NCBI GenBank assembly: GCA_046563655.1
Contig: CM102283.1
Span: 2,790,001 to 2,854,000, forward strand
Direction: 5' to 3'
From: Yuukianura sp. NJ FZ-2021
Taxonomy: Eukaryota
DNA length: 64,000 nucleotides
Part shown: piece after piece, positions 39,714 to 53,617 of the stretch
How positions within the stretch are numbered: the first letter of the stretch is position 1
Layout of the letters: each line of letters opens with the position of its first letter
Position numbers and translations under genes: made by a program
The notes under the pieces: model-generated
What the model was told of the DNA's origin: nothing
Databases searched by the model: none
The model's input: only the letters and a program-made list of their open reading frames with translations

Positions 39714-42700
39714 ATGGCAACGGGACAGACAATAAGTGATCGACTACTGGCTGCAAAACATTCCTTAGCAGGTTCGGGATTGGCCAAGGCTGTGTGCAAG
39801 GCCACCACAGAAGAACTCATTCCACCAAAGAAGAAGCACTTGGACTGTAAGTACAAATAAGTTCTTATCATGTCTATTTCCTAAGTTTGACCTTGACCTA
39901 AAGTGTTAATGTCAAGCTCACACGACCTGTTGACCTTAACTCTTTTTTGTTTTTTTTTTTGTTGCAGATCTTGTACATTGTACGAACGAACCAAACGTGT
40001 CGATTCTTCAGTTGGCGAATCTCTTAATAGAAAGATCACAAAATTCTAACTGGGTTGTCGTATTTAAGACTTTAGTGACTACTCATCATCTTATGTGCTA
40101 TGGAAATGAGGTAACCAGTTATGTCACTTCTGAACAATCATCAATTGACAATCAAGAATCAACTAATTGCCTTCTCTAATTACTTTCCTTGATTTGCAGA
40201 GATTCACTCAGTATTTGGCATCTAGTAACAATACATTCCAGCTTTCATCTTTTTTGGATAAAGCAAATCCTCAGGGTGAGTCCATCAAAAATCAAAATTA
40301 CAAAAAAAAAAAACGTGAATTGTATAGTGTTGCCCCTGTAACTGTCAATGTCTAAACGTTTTTGTGGAATTTTTGTGAAGCTGCTGGACCCAGACTTGGT
40401 AAAAATCTCGTTTAATAATTGTCAAACTTTTAACGTTAATTTTGAAACGAACTTGGAAACTTTTAGTTGAGATGAGAAACTAAAGTTGTTTTGTAGTGTT
40501 CAGAGTTCAATACTCTTGACACTCTGTTTAAATTGCTTTTCATTTGGTTTGCTTTCATTTTGAAACATCAAAGAACCACAACAATGGGAGGGAAATCCAG
40601 CATCCTGGAAACAGGGATTCCTTTGGTATTTGGTCAGGTTTTCCTCCTCCTCCTCAAAAACAGCGATTTTTAAGCTGTTAAAAGGGAAGCTCACCATGTG
40701 GTATCGATTTTAGCCAGAAATCGATTCTCCCAAGCATGAGAAAGCTGTTGGACATAGTTTAACTTCCAGCAAGTAGTGGAAGCTAAAGTGTTTGTGATGC
40801 TGCTGTTGACCTACTCCCACGTCTTGTCGTGGAACATTGTAAATGTATCAAAAAGAGAAAGTAGGAGGCAGTAGTGAATAAGGAATTTATTAGGTTATGA
40901 AACCTTTTGCACATTTTATGGCTCCTCCATAACTTTTCTTGCACATAAACTGTTGAATAATTCACGAACTTGTAATTCAGTTGAAAAGCCAAAGTTAGGA
41001 AAATTATCAACAAAAAATAACTTCCCGAAAAAAAAAGTAGGTTGTTTTCATTTTTCCATGAAATTTTTCAGGAAACAAAAAAAGAAGAAAAAATATGAAA
41101 CCACATTAGGTCAAAACCGTTGCTTTTTTTTTGTCTGAAGTTATGTCAAAATATTTTTTTTTAATTTTATGAAATATATTTTACGAATTGTTAGGTTAGG
41201 TTCGATGGCTTTTGTTATGTTAGTGTTTTTGTTTTTGTTTTCCTAGTGTTAAACAAACAATCAAGATGTCAATGTCTTTTTTGTTGTTTTGATTTGCAGG
41301 ATATGAAGTGTCTCCATTTATTCGACGTTATGCGAAATACTTGAATGAAAAGGCCTTGTCATACAGAACGATGGCATTTGACTTTTGCAAAGTAAAGAGA
41401 GGGTGAGTTCACACAGTTCAAATACCTTTCAAAAAGTTTTCGAAAATTAACAACATTTCCAAATTTTCAACAACTTTTTTAATTAGTAGTATTTGGTAAG
41501 GAACGGTTTAAGTACGAGTAGCTTTTTGTATCGTGTGATTTTAAAATTTTGAAGCTGTTTAATTGTATTTTATGCTGGGTAAGGACAGAATGAATGTTTT
41601 TGATGCTTGAATTGAATGTTTGTTTTGAAAACTTTTTGTTTAAAAACTAATTTGTTGTTGTTTGTTTTTCAGGAAGGAAGATGGAACTTTGCGAACAATG
41701 GGAACGGATCCTCTGCTGCGGACGTTTCCAGTTCTGCAGACTCAGATGGATGCGCTCCTAGAATTTGACTCTTCTCCAGATGACATTCACCGGAACTCTC
41801 TAATGAGAGTAGCATTCTCACTCTTGTTCCGAGATCTGATTCGACTCTTTGCAACCTACAATGATGCCGTCATTAATTTATTGGAAAAGTACTTTACCAT
41901 GAATAAGAAAAACACGAGAGAGGCGTTTGAGTTCTACAAGAAGTTTCTCACGAGGATGGACAAAGTGGCTGAATTCCTCAAGGTATGACACAATCAGCAC
42001 CGGGGATCAAATCAAGATGAAATGTTAGTAATAAGTTGTGTCTTTGTGTTGTTTAGGTAGCAGAAGCTGTTGGAATTGACAAAGGCGAAATTCCTGATTT
42101 GACAAAGGCGCCCAACTCGCTTCTGGAGGCACTGGAACAGCATTTGGCGAGTATAGAGGGCAAGAAATTAGGTAGTTCCTCCAAACAGAATTCTGTGGAC
42201 GTGTCGTCCTTTAGCAACACATCCTCTGCCTTCATTGCTTCCGATGAGAAACAAAAGATACTGGCCGAAGAGGAAGCAGCACTCAATCAATTCAAGGAAC
42301 AAAAGAGTAAGAGAAACTCAAATTCTGCTTAGAAGTTGCAAATTCTGTTTAGAAGTTGCAAATTCTGCTTAGAAGTTGTCTCGAAAAGTTAAAATTTTGA
42401 ACTTGAAAACCGAAAACTTGTGATCTCAGTTTCGACTAACCCGTTTTTGGACGAAGCCCCGCCAGCCCCAGTGCAAACATCACAAAATCAACAAATCCTG
42501 GATCTGTTTTCGGCTCCGCCTCCACCAGCAAGTAGTAACACCAGTAGCGGCGGAGGAGGTAAGAAACTTTTTTGAAATTTTGGATCAAAATTTTTGAAGT
42601 TTTTGGAAAACTTTTTGATTTCGGTTTTAGGATCAGCGCTGGACGATTTGCTATCACTGGGGCTTGGGAACGGGTCAATGACTACAACTAGTGCCATGCC

Positions 42701-43727
42701 GCCACCTCCTTCGAATCCCTTTGCAGACATGTTTTCGTCACAGCCATATCAACAGCAGGCTCCAACGCAGCCGCAAATGGGAACCTACGGGGGAAATGGC
42801 TATGGACCGATGGGAGGAGGCATGGGACAAATGGGAATGCAAATGCATCAACAGCATCAGCAGTCCCAGTTCTTTTCTCAGCAGCATTCGACTGTTGGAA
42901 TGGGTATGGGCATGCAACAACAACCGTTCTACGGCGCTGGTCTAGGAAGTAATCACAGTTATAATGTCTTTGGCTCTAATAATGCTGCTTCCGACCAAGG
43001 TATCATTTGCAACTTTTGTTTATTTTCAAAATTTTATTTTTAGGTATCAATTTTTGGTTCAGAATTTTAGAAATAGTTTCTGGTTTTGTTGAGCTTCAGT
43101 TTTGCTGCAATGCTTCTGCTTTAAATGGATTAGAATGTTAGCGTTCCCAACTGATTGAATTTTGAAAAAATTCTGGTTAGTTGTGAAAGTTAACATAAAA
43201 TATACCGTGAACGTCAAAAAACGTGAACGTTAAAAGACGTGGACGTCAAAAAACGTATTTTTTTTTGAAAATGTTAATTTAATCGCAAGCAGCGACGGAT
43301 GGAGCTCCACCGCCCCCACCACCGTCTACGCCACAGTCATTTACTAAGCAGCCGCAACCTCAAGCAGGTACCCTTAAGGGCTCCTACAAAAATGACGCCA
43401 AAATGTAGCTCTTACAAAACACCGTCTTGTGTAATTAGTAGTTAGTGTAGTAGGACGGTGGAAGTAGTGATTAATTACCTGGTTAATTAATGTTGTGATT
43501 TTTTTCTGATTTTAGTTGACTTCTTCGGGCAAATTCTGACTCCGCAGTCATCGAATACTGGATTTGGAGGTCAAGGACAGCAACATCAGCAGCAGCAGCA
43601 ACAAGGTGCTAACAAACCTCTTCTGACGGGTGACCTTGACTCGACCTTGGCATCCCTCGCAGACTCACTCTCAATCAAGTCCAACTGGACGCCATCCCCT
43701 GCCAAAGTTGCCAAGGGTTCAAAATGA
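39714..43727 (+). CDS. PICALM: Phosphatidylinositol-binding clathrin assembly protein (PICALM/AP180/lap)
   Basis: ANTH domain [44 protein letters not shown]...[26 protein letters not shown]...[28 protein letters not shown] motifs and a C-terminal [16 protein letters not shown]. Probable 5' UTR exons end near 38061 and 39041. Confidence 0.95.
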
Positions 43728-43912
43728 AAGAGCTAAATACATGCAATGCTGGACTGGAAGTGTCACTGTCACTTTAATATTCTGAAACATCCAGTTCTGG
43801 ATAAAGAAAAAAAGAAATATTAGTATTTAAAATATGCATTAGAGTAATCCATTAGTGTTAATCATGCTTACAAACAAAGAATTCAGATGGTGGTTACGAT
43901 TATTATAACTAA

Positions 43913-45113
43913 TTATCCTCCAGTAATAGAAGTAGAAGTGGTAGGAAATAGTTGAATTGTTTCATTAATTTCCTCCCGTAAGGGAAGATTAGGATACAAA
44001 ACGTTTGGATCAGTAAAGACATGAGGCTGAAGATGACCCAAGTTTTCGTAGCGCTCTTCTCTAATTTGAACTTGGCGGATGAAATGGGAGTTGCCTGTTT
44101 CGAAATGGATTCGAGTGTCGCAGAGACGAACTAACACTTGGTCCACTCGGAGGAAGAAGCGGAGCAAGATGAAGAAACCGGAGGGCATCACTCGCTGAAA
44201 TTCAAAATTTCGTCGTTTTCATAACGTTGTCAAAAACGGGTCTGTTTTTATGTTTTTTGAACAACAACTTACGAGTTTGACGGAGAGATTGGATATGCCA
44301 TTGTCATGAAGTTCGTCCTCATAAAGTGGAATTTCGCCGAAGAAGAGAATGTTTTCGTGTTGTTTCAGTTTGTCAATGTTTAGTTGCGAAGTAGAGTCAA
44401 CTCTGATCACTGGTTGGGGTAACTCGATATTGAGGAATTCGACGGCACCTTTGTAGTCAGTGGAGTATGTCCAGTCATATGGAGCAATTGCTTCACCAAC
44501 TGGAAGTCCGGTTTGTACTCTGCAAAAAACAAGATGTTAATTAGCTTAGTTAGTTGATTGTTTATGGATTGAAGTGGAGTCAATTACTTCGAGGCCTTCC
44601 ATTCATCTGAGCAAGCTACATGGACAGCACACCCGTCCGTACTGATACGTTTCATGGCATCCAGAGCATTGAATTGCATCATCAATCCAGTCGGTTCGTA
44701 GATCAATCTGAGCATGTTGTCTGGAAATACCATTTCTGGAAGATGGTGAAGTGGAAGGTCACGAGCAAATCTGTTGAAACAGAAAGTATATACCGGTAGT
44801 TAATTAACTGCTATAGTTTAACAAATTAGGATAAAATTTGAATGGTAACTTACCGACAGACTTGGCATAACATGCCAGGAGGACTCCTGACGCCATGTTG
44901 TTGTCCATGATCCGTAGCTGTAATTGAGCTATGCTTACCAATAGTGACACTTCCTACATCGCAGTAGCATTTGGACGGCAGTATCGGGCTTTTTAGAACA
45001 GTGATGGACCAACCTTCGAATTCAAATTTTTCTTCGACGATGTTCCGTACCCCAAGGTTGGCATTCGGAGAGTTACGAGCACCCGAGGTTACCTGCACAC
45101 TTGGAGTACTCAT
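43913..45113 (-). CDS. TIPRL: TIP41-like PP2A regulator
   Basis: Four exons encoding LPLHHLPEMVFPDN, FNALDA, PYDWTYSTDYKG, ILFFGEIPLYEDELHDNGIS and RVMPSGFFILLRFFLRVDQVLVR. Confidence 0.94.
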
Positions 45114-45397
45114 CCTACCGACCGTAATTTCGATAAATCAAGTCTAATTAATTAATTAGTCAATTAATCTCTAACCAACGTTCAAATTAAATCAAAATTC
45201 AATTCTCCAAACGATTTACGAGTTCCCAAAATAACAACACAGATGATTTTCAAATTTTGACTTCCCACGCTTTTAATTTTCTCACTTTGCCCCAAAGGTT
45301 GCATGCCTTCGAATAAATGGAGCTCCGCATACTTGTCATGCTAGTTGGGGCTTCGCCCTATTCCCGTTCTATCTTCCAAATATTTTTAATCCACCGG

Positions 45398-45411
45398 TTA
45401 CTATGGCAACA
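45398..45411. promoter_or_regulatory. X-box-like motif in the divergent TIPRL/MFS intergenic region
   Basis: GTTACTATGGCAAC is a close match to the RFX consensus. Confidence 0.5.
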
Positions 45412-46213
45412 CAGGAAGTTGTTATGTCTGTTGACTCAACTGTCAGCATTTTGAAACGTACTATCAACATCAGCCACTAAAACAAGACGCTGCTCAAGGT
45501 AAATAGAATACGACGACGCACTATAGTCGGTTTATTTATTTTTTGGTTCTCATGGAATTAAATAAATTTTGTAAACAAACTGACTTATCAGCGCATTTTG
45601 ACCCAAAAATTGAGGTACCGATTAATTTTTTGCCTCGAAATGCCTCACCCTCTAATGACAAACCCAATAGCAATTAGCGTTCAGGAAGACTTGGTCTTCG
45701 ACATTTTGAGGTGCAAATCGGTAAATATTGCTTAATTATGGCAAGAGGCGTATCCAAAGTATTTCTGAATTCTTGTTTATTTTCTTGGTTGCAATAAGCA
45801 TTATTTGCGAATTTGTGATTTCGCAGTGACAACTTGATCTTATAAGTTGAGATTTAGCGTACTTTCGAAAAAATAATCTGAAACCAAATCATTCATTGTC
45901 TTTTGTGTCTGTCTGGTCGGCCGTCAATCAAGTCCAAGTCGTTTTTCGTGTCAGAGTCAACGGTTAATAACGGTGTACACGGTTTCCTTCTTTCAACCGC
46001 CACAGTTGTCAATGGAAACGGTGTGATTAAAGTTTGTTTCAAAATAGGACCGAACTTTTTTTTCAGATTCCGACCATAGTGCGACGCTCTGCTATGCTAT
46101 TGGCATTGTATTACATACTTTCACACAAACAACTTTCACAAAATGAATTAGAACCCCAAAATTTTAGAACAAAATTTTTTTTTAATTTTTTGTAAATTCA
46201 AAAATTTTGTTCA

Positions 46214-47255
46214 ATGGCCAGAGCCGTTGGGCCGTCATTAGTATTGGATATCCGGTCAGTAGCACTTCTAGAGGACTTGACCTTTGCTCAAAATCCATGC
46301 GCTGCTGGAACTACGCAGGTCAGACGTCAACGTTACTACGGTTCGGAATTCTTCCGTGACCTGCCGGAGGACAGTGACCTCCGGAATCCAGGGAAGTATG
46401 ACCGCAAGAAAGACTGGATCCACTGCGCATGCGCTGCTTTCATATGCTTGATTGTCCTCGGAATCCTCCATTCCATTGGTCTACTCCTGCCGCATGTTCG
46501 GTCTTCCTACAAAATGGGACCGCTCAAGGTCACAGTCATTTCCGCCATAACTTACTGTATCGTCTTCTGCGTAAGTTTCAAAATTTCAAAAAAAAAAAGT
46601 CAAAATTTCGAAATTCCGGCTTTTTTTTTTCTAGTTTAGCCCCTGTGCAGCGTCTGTTGTGCGATGTATGGGCAATCGCTTGACTTGTATCTTCGGTTTG
46701 CTGCTGTGTTTCATCGGGCTTGTGCTGGATGCGTTGGAAATTCACGTTTTCGTGTACTGTCTTGCGCACATGGGATTCATTGGAATTGGATCCTGTTTTG
46801 CACTTACCGCTGCTGCAAGTTCTGTCATGTAAGGTCAAAGGTCACAAGGTCAAACACAACTAGGTCACATCACATGTTACAAGCTACATAAAAATTTAGG
46901 CGCCATTTTCGAAAACGGCTGAAAATTGCTTTGGCTGTGCTCTGTTTAGCGGCTCCGGCTGGAACCTTCGTTTTCCATGTCTTGCTTTATTTGTTCGCCG
47001 TTGATGTAAGTCTGTTCAAAATTTTTGAAAACGAAAGTTTTTTTTTTTTGAAAATTTGAAATTTTTTCTTAGACAACACTAGGCTACAAGTGGGTTGTGA
47101 TTACGTTGGCTGCTTTTGTGCTTGTCAGTATCGCTCTGACACATCCGCTTCCTTCTACTATTCGTCCACCTCGTCATCCTAATCCGTTTAAAACCAAGAA
47201 GAAAAAGCGAATAATAAGAGAATGTCTGCATAAAGTTGAAGAAGATTTTGAAAAA

Positions 47256-47288
<33 letters not shown>

Positions 47289-48802
47289 CAAAGTCAAGGT
47301 CAAGGTCAAGATTCGGGCTACTGTTGCAGTGAGGTCAATTTAGCTGACCTGGCAGCAGAATCTTCTTTGACTCCTGAAACAGAACAAGATCCAAGTGTCC
47401 AATCACCGGAATCCGCCGATTCGGAAGAAGTGCCTGAGCATGATTCATGTAAACAAAAATATATTAAAATTTGAAAAGGCAAAAAGTAGTCAAAAATTTG
47501 ACTTTTTTGCTGTCAGGTCTTTGCGTTTGTGTCTTTGACGTGTCAGCAGTGACCGACCTGTCGTTTCTGCTCTGGGCAGTTGTCAGCTCATGCGCAGTGG
47601 TGGCTCTCTACGTTCCGTATCTGTTTCTCATCTGGTACGCCATGGCTGACTTTGGTGTCAACTTCCTAGAGGGACTGTACATCATGTTATGGCTGTCACT
47701 TGCTTCTGCTGCAGCTCGTGCATTTGTCGTCATGTGCGGCAATCACACGTTCTTCTTCAACCGAACTTTGTTTCAAGTAGGGTGTGTCGGTAAAGTCAGC
47801 CAAAGTTCAGCTTAGCTGACAATACATAGTATCGCTAGCATCGTAACTTGAAAAAAACGGAGTTTTCTACCGAGCGATCAGCGAAAAACGAAACGTTTTT
47901 GAAAAAATCTCACATTACCCCAGCTGAATTTGAAATTGTTTGAACAATAGCCAACAAAGTATGGAAAACTTTTAAAATTAATTTAAGAAACGACATTAAA
48001 AAAACTGAAAAATCAATTATAAATACAGCTTTAAATTCATTCTTAAATATCTTTAACTTATTTTGGGGTGATGTGAGATTTTCGAAAAAACGTCCGGTTT
48101 TTCGCTGATCGCTCGGTAGAAAAACACCAAAAAAAATTTCAGAATCGATTTCTACGAACAATAGTATTGACTTAACCTGAAATTTTTTTGTTCACAGGCA
48201 CAGGAATCATATACTTGATGCTGACCAAAGCGACTACATACGGTTGGTTGTTCATCTGGGGATTGATGGCGGGATTTCTGGAAGGTTTGATTGTTGGTGC
48301 CATTCCACGCGTGACCTTGCTGACTATTCCCAGGAAGTACATTGTGGGGTCATGGTCATGGCTTGTGTTCTTCAATGGATTTGCATTGATCATTGGACCA
48401 TACCTGGTCGTCTCTGTGAAACAATCCACTGGAGGAAACATTGCACTTGCTTGCATAGCAATCGGAATTATTCAAATCAGTGGCGGAGTTTTAGCATTTT
48501 TTATTCCAAATGAAGAATACTTTGAGCAACAGGATGATGTCGATGAACCTGAGACTCCTTTTGCACAAGAAACAGAAACAGCGGGAATTTTGAACTCAAA
48601 CGTTTCAAATCCAGAAGAATTTCCCGCCGTAACTGGAGGTCAAACGGAACTGAACGCTGATTGGTCCTTTTCAAACCAATACCGCTCTGGCGCCACTTTT
48701 TCAACTGTTGACCTCAATGACTTTTCTACATTCGATGTTTCAAAATTTGAAAGTCACGGGGTCACGGAGGTCAATGACCTTGAAAATGGATGTCAATGTT
48801 AA
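46214..48802 (+). CDS. Divergent MFS transporter (SLC16/MCT-like), paralogue A
   Basis: About six exons with multiple hydrophobic helices in two halves around a hydrophilic loop. An HFRKR.KIALA motif resembles the MCT YFxKRR motif. Homologous to 50439-53617. Confidence 0.65.
47851..48128. mobile_element. MITE-like inverted repeat in an intron
   Basis: Imperfect inverted repeat of about 65 bp (core TTTTCTACCGAGCGATCAGCGAAAAAC). Confidence 0.6.
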
Positions 48803-49220
48803 CTCAAACAATGTTAAAATTTGTCTAAATTACGAAAAATTGTGACCAAAAAAAACTATTTGAGGTAATGAAAATTTGAAAACTTTGTAAAATTGAAACC
48901 CCAAGAAAAACAGAAAATATGAAATTTTGAAAAATTCTGAGAAAATTTAAACCAAAGAAAAAATAAAACCAATATCAACTCACAAACTCCAATTTTCTTT
49001 TTTTGTTGTCAGTCAAATTCAGATGAGTTTTATTTCAGAAAAATGAGTTTAAAAATTTCAAAATGTTAAAAAATCGTTACTTTAAAGCCACGAGGAAGAA
49101 AATCTTGTAAAAAATAAGCCACGAATAAGAAAGTCTTGTAAAAATAGGCCGCAAGGAAGAAAATCTTGTAAAAAATCGTCGCGAATTTCAGGAAATTCAT
49201 CGCGTGACGAGTTTCTAGAC

Positions 49221-49682
49221 TTAACCCGGGTAACCGTAGCCTCCCATGCCTCCAGCTCCAGCCATTGACGAAGAAGCCGATTCCGAGCGAGATGCTGACA
49301 TGCCCATGCCAGTTCCCATGCCTCCTCCCATTGGTCCAGCTCCTGGCCATCCGTATCCGTAAGGGTTATAAGGGCCGTAACCCCCCATGCCACCTCCCGC
49401 ACCCATGGCACCAGCAGCACTCTGCGAACTGGAACTTGACATGGACCCAGCTTGTCCACTCCCCATGCCAAGCTGACGGGCAGCACGCTCTGAAAAACAA
49501 CAAAATCAAGCAATTTTAGAACAATTCTCAAGAAAAGTTTTGAAATTTTGAACTTTGAAACGTTAAGTTTTTGAAACTTTGAATTTTGCCGGAAAGTGTG
49601 GCTTACCTTCGTTATTCGGCGCTGCAGAAACAGCGACGATGAGGAGAGCGGCGCAGAAGAATCCGAAAACTTGTGGGGTCAT
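49221..49682 (-). CDS. Small secreted Gly/Met/Ser/Tyr-rich prepropeptide
   Basis: Two exons (49682-49607, 49488-49221) giving MTPQVFGFFCAALLIVAVSAAPNNE-ERAARQLGMGSG...GGMGGYGYPG*. TATAAAA lies upstream on the minus strand near 49810. Confidence 0.8.
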
Positions 49683-50438
49683 CGTAGAGGTCAAGAAAAT
49701 TTTCGAAATTTCGAAAAAGTGCGGAAGAGATGCTGGAAGCAAAGAGCAGTGGACGGTGACAGAGGTGGATGCTGAATGAAATTTGAGCTTTTGATGCAAG
49801 CCTTTTTATAGGGAGTTGACAGGAGTAAGAAACGGCACAATCCAACTCCAAAATGTAAATTTCGAAATTACTATTTCTGAAAAAAAAAAGGGATTTTTGA
49901 AAAACCAACACAAGTTTTTTCCAGTTTTTAGTCTGTAGAAAGGTTGAGATGATTCCCCAGTTATTTTTGAAACGTTTTTTTAGTATTAAGTTCAAAAACG
50001 GTTGGGATTTTTTAGCTACGTTGAAACACAAAACCAAAGAAAAACAGTTTGATGAAAAGCTTTTGTGTTGGACTTTTTGAATAATTTCGAAACAAATTCA
50101 ACCTTCTAGGAAGAAGTTAATTGAAAAATTTACATTTCCCAACAGACAATTTTATTTCTGATGCTTCTTATCCCACCGATGTCAAACTACCTGCTAAAAC
50201 ACACAAAAAACATGAAAAAAAAAACTATGAAACTTTTAATTTTATTTTTGAATTGGTCGATATCTATGACCTTCGGTTTTGCGATGACAATTTTTACTAA
50301 TGTTTTCAAAGTTTTCAACAAACTTTTTTTGAATGAACATTTCAATTACATTTTTCACCAAAATACAGTAATTTGGATATTTTTTTTAGTTTTTTTCTTC
50401 ATAATTTAGGTTTCGTAAAGTTATTTTTTTTTCTCAAA

Positions 50439-53400
50439 ATGGCCTCCTCTGCTCCAGGTATTGATGGAATGGTTGACATCCGTTCGTTTGCGATTCTTCA
50501 GGACGTGACCTTTGACCGGAACGACTGCGCCCATGGAGTGGCCGTGGCAGCAGTAAGTCAATTTGTGACCTTCACCTTGGATACTCCGTTGTAGTAACAT
50601 TCAAAGGTCAACTTCAAAGGTCAAAGGTCAATGACCTCGTTTTTTTAGGCACGCGGTCCATTCTACCGTCGCTACACCCATGCACTGCCAACAGCTCCAC
50701 TCTCCGTCATTCCCGCCAACACGCTTAACCTTGTTGACCCCGCCACAGGTCAACTTCGACCTGGAATTGACATGACCTCTAGTAGTCCGCGTGACCTCAC
50801 AAATCCATGTGCCTGTCCATGTCAACCTGACCGTCGGGGTACATTTAGCGGCCAACCAATCATAGGCATCGTTGCTGGAAGTCGACCAATCATTGGAGGT
50901 TTTTCGCCGTTCCTGTCTCAAAATGTTCCGGGTCAAGGTCAAGGTCATCAGCCAGAACAGCATTCGGCTCCATTTTTTAGCCAAGATGACGATGGACTGG
51001 AGCCACCAAAAAACTTGGATACTGCAAGAAGTTGGCTGTGTTGTTTCTGTTCAGTTGCTGTGATTTTCGTTATTTTTGGAACAATCTTCAGCTACGGTAT
51101 TCTGCAATTGCAGATGCAGTTGGTCTATGGACTGTCATTCATGGAGTCTGTCACTGTTGGAGCTTCATGTTTCACAATTTTCATACTTGTAAAAAAAAAA
51201 CAAAAAAAAAAACTTGCATTTTGAATTTTAGTTTCTGAAATTTCGAATTTCCATAAATTCAGGTCGGACCTTTGGCAACATTCGTGATAAAATGTGCTGG
51301 TTTTCGGTCTACTGCTATTTTTGGAATGCTGCTGATGTTTATTGGACTCCTGGCTGAAGGTTATTTGAAGGAGCATTTGAATTTCAAAATTTTGATTTTT
51401 TTTTCGAAATTTGAACACTAGATTTACATTTTTGACTTTTGTGAAGGCTTCATCACACACGTTATTGTTTTCTACGTAAGCCGACTGGCTTTGATTCCTG
51501 TTGGTGGTGGATTTGCTCATACAGCTTCACATTACATGACGTACGACCAATTTTTGAAATTTTTGTTTCACAAAAAAGTTATTGATTTTCTACTTTTGAA
51601 GATTTACATGATTGAATTTTGTTGGATTTTAGGAGTTTCTTTGAAACGAAGATTAAAATAGTTGTGTTGATCCTCTGCGCTTGCAGTACGCTAGGGATTT
51701 TAGTTTACTCTTGGTTCGCAGCCACGCTTCAAGGAATTGTAATTTGCAATTAAAAATTTCAGAATTTTGAAAAGTTTTGTTATGTGTTTTTTGAAAATTT
51801 TTTATTTCAGGTTAGCTACAAAGGAATTCAAGTGACCTTTGCCATAATTGTTCTGATGCTGATGACTGCTACGCACGCTTTTCCAATGAGGTTGCACAAA
51901 ACCAAGAATGTCCAGTCAAACCAAAACCAACAAATCAGGGACTGCGTTCACAAGAATGTCAAGAAAAATGTGATGGAAAGAGCAGGAAAAAGTGTCACAG
52001 AGTACAATCCAGATGGAACAGCTGAGCTCAAGTCATGTAAGACACAGCTAAACTCTTGTTTGACCTTAATGGGCACCACAGGTCAGCTAACTTATGTTAG
52101 ACCTAGCCACTGCGACAAGTCAGCTGACTTATGTTAGACGTAGGAGCTGCGACAAGCCAGCTGACTTGTTCGACCTTGCTAGTCAAAAAGTGGTCGCGGA
52201 CAGCTGATTTGTGTTAGATCTAAGTTCTGCGACAAGTAAGCTGACTTGTTTGACCTTACGAGTTATTTCGGGCAGTTCGGCTTGTTAGGACGTACGGTCG
52301 AAATCTAAGTCAGCTGAGTTCTTTTAGAAGTAAAATAGTCGCGACAGGTCAGCTGGACTGGGTTAGACCTAGTAGTAGTCGTAAGCTTGCTAGTTGGCTG
52401 GAAAATCGTGAGAGTTAAACTTTGTTGACTTTTTGGTTTGCAGGTCTCTGTGTCTGCGTTTGTGAAGTCGGTACAATTTGCAACCGCGGGTTTTTTCTTT
52501 GGGCGGGAATTACGATGGTCGCAAGTTTGACGTTCATCGTGCCCTACCTGTTCCTGTTTCTGTTTCAGCTGAACCTGGTGACCCCACTGCAGGTCGGCAA
52601 CACTCCGTTCAGACTCGTCCTTGCATTCTGTGTTCCCACACTAATCACCCGCCTTTGCTTAATTTGTTACAACGACCACACATTCTTCTTCAACCGAACG
52701 GTTTTTCAGATTGCTTTGGCGGGTAAGAATTCAAAAGTTAATTAAATGTCTTAATTAATTAGTTGATTAATCGTTTGCTCTTCCAGGAACAGGAGTTGTT
52801 CTGATACTATTCGTGAGAGTGACGACTTATGGGTGGTTGATGGTCTGGATGATGGGAATTGGCATGTGTCAAGGGCTGGTGACTGTCACGATTCCCAAAG
52901 TCACACTGCAGACGGTCAACAGGAAGTGGCTCAAGAAGGCCTGGATTGTCATCATCGTTCTGGATGCTCTGGGAGCCTTCATTGGACCCATTGTGCTTAT
53001 GATGTTAAGGTGAAGGTCAAAGGTCAATTGGATTAATCGTTGTAGTAATCGAAAGTAATTTAATTAGATTTACACAGTTTCCAACTCCATTCCGACTGCC
53101 TACGTTGATCATCGGGATCCTCCAATTTATTGCCACGGTGCTCACATTCCTGATTCCAAATGACGAATCGAATTACAAGGTTGAACAGCCACCAGCCCCA
53201 CCTCCCCCACCAAATTCACAGCCTCCACCGTTTACCCCAGCGACAACCATGATGCCACCAGCTCCACCTCCACCAATGCACCAGCCACCAGCTCCACCGC
53301 CACCAGTGCACCAGCCACCAGCTCCTGCTCAACCAATGCACCAGCCACCAGCCCCGGTTCGACCAATGCACCAGCCACCAGTACCACCAACGAACCCACC

Positions 53401-53617
53401 GCGCAGAGAATCTTACCGCGAATATTCGAATCCCGCGAAACTTCCTTCTAGGCGACCATCGAAAATTCCAGTTTCAAGTCGAGTATCGCGGGAGAATCGA
53501 AGTCGAAGCACTTTGGCGCCAATTCCGCAGAATCCTGATCTGGGGTCAATGCCCTCACAAGGATACCAGTACGACTACAAGTCCAACACTTATATCCAGT
53601 CCAGTCAGCCGCGATGA
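50439..53617 (+). CDS. Divergent MFS transporter (SLC16/MCT-like), paralogue B with a Pro-rich tail
   Basis: Shares DIRS.A.L.D.TF, GLCVCV, HTFFFNRT.FQ and TTYGWL...G..G...G....IP.VTL with paralogue A, and ends in HQPPAP repeats. Confidence 0.65.

Noticed and set aside
42321-42379. Short intronic/UTR tandem repeats (also 43205-43256, 49085-49175, 52080-52370)
   Set aside because: Ordinary minisatellites or degenerate repeats with no further structure I can support.
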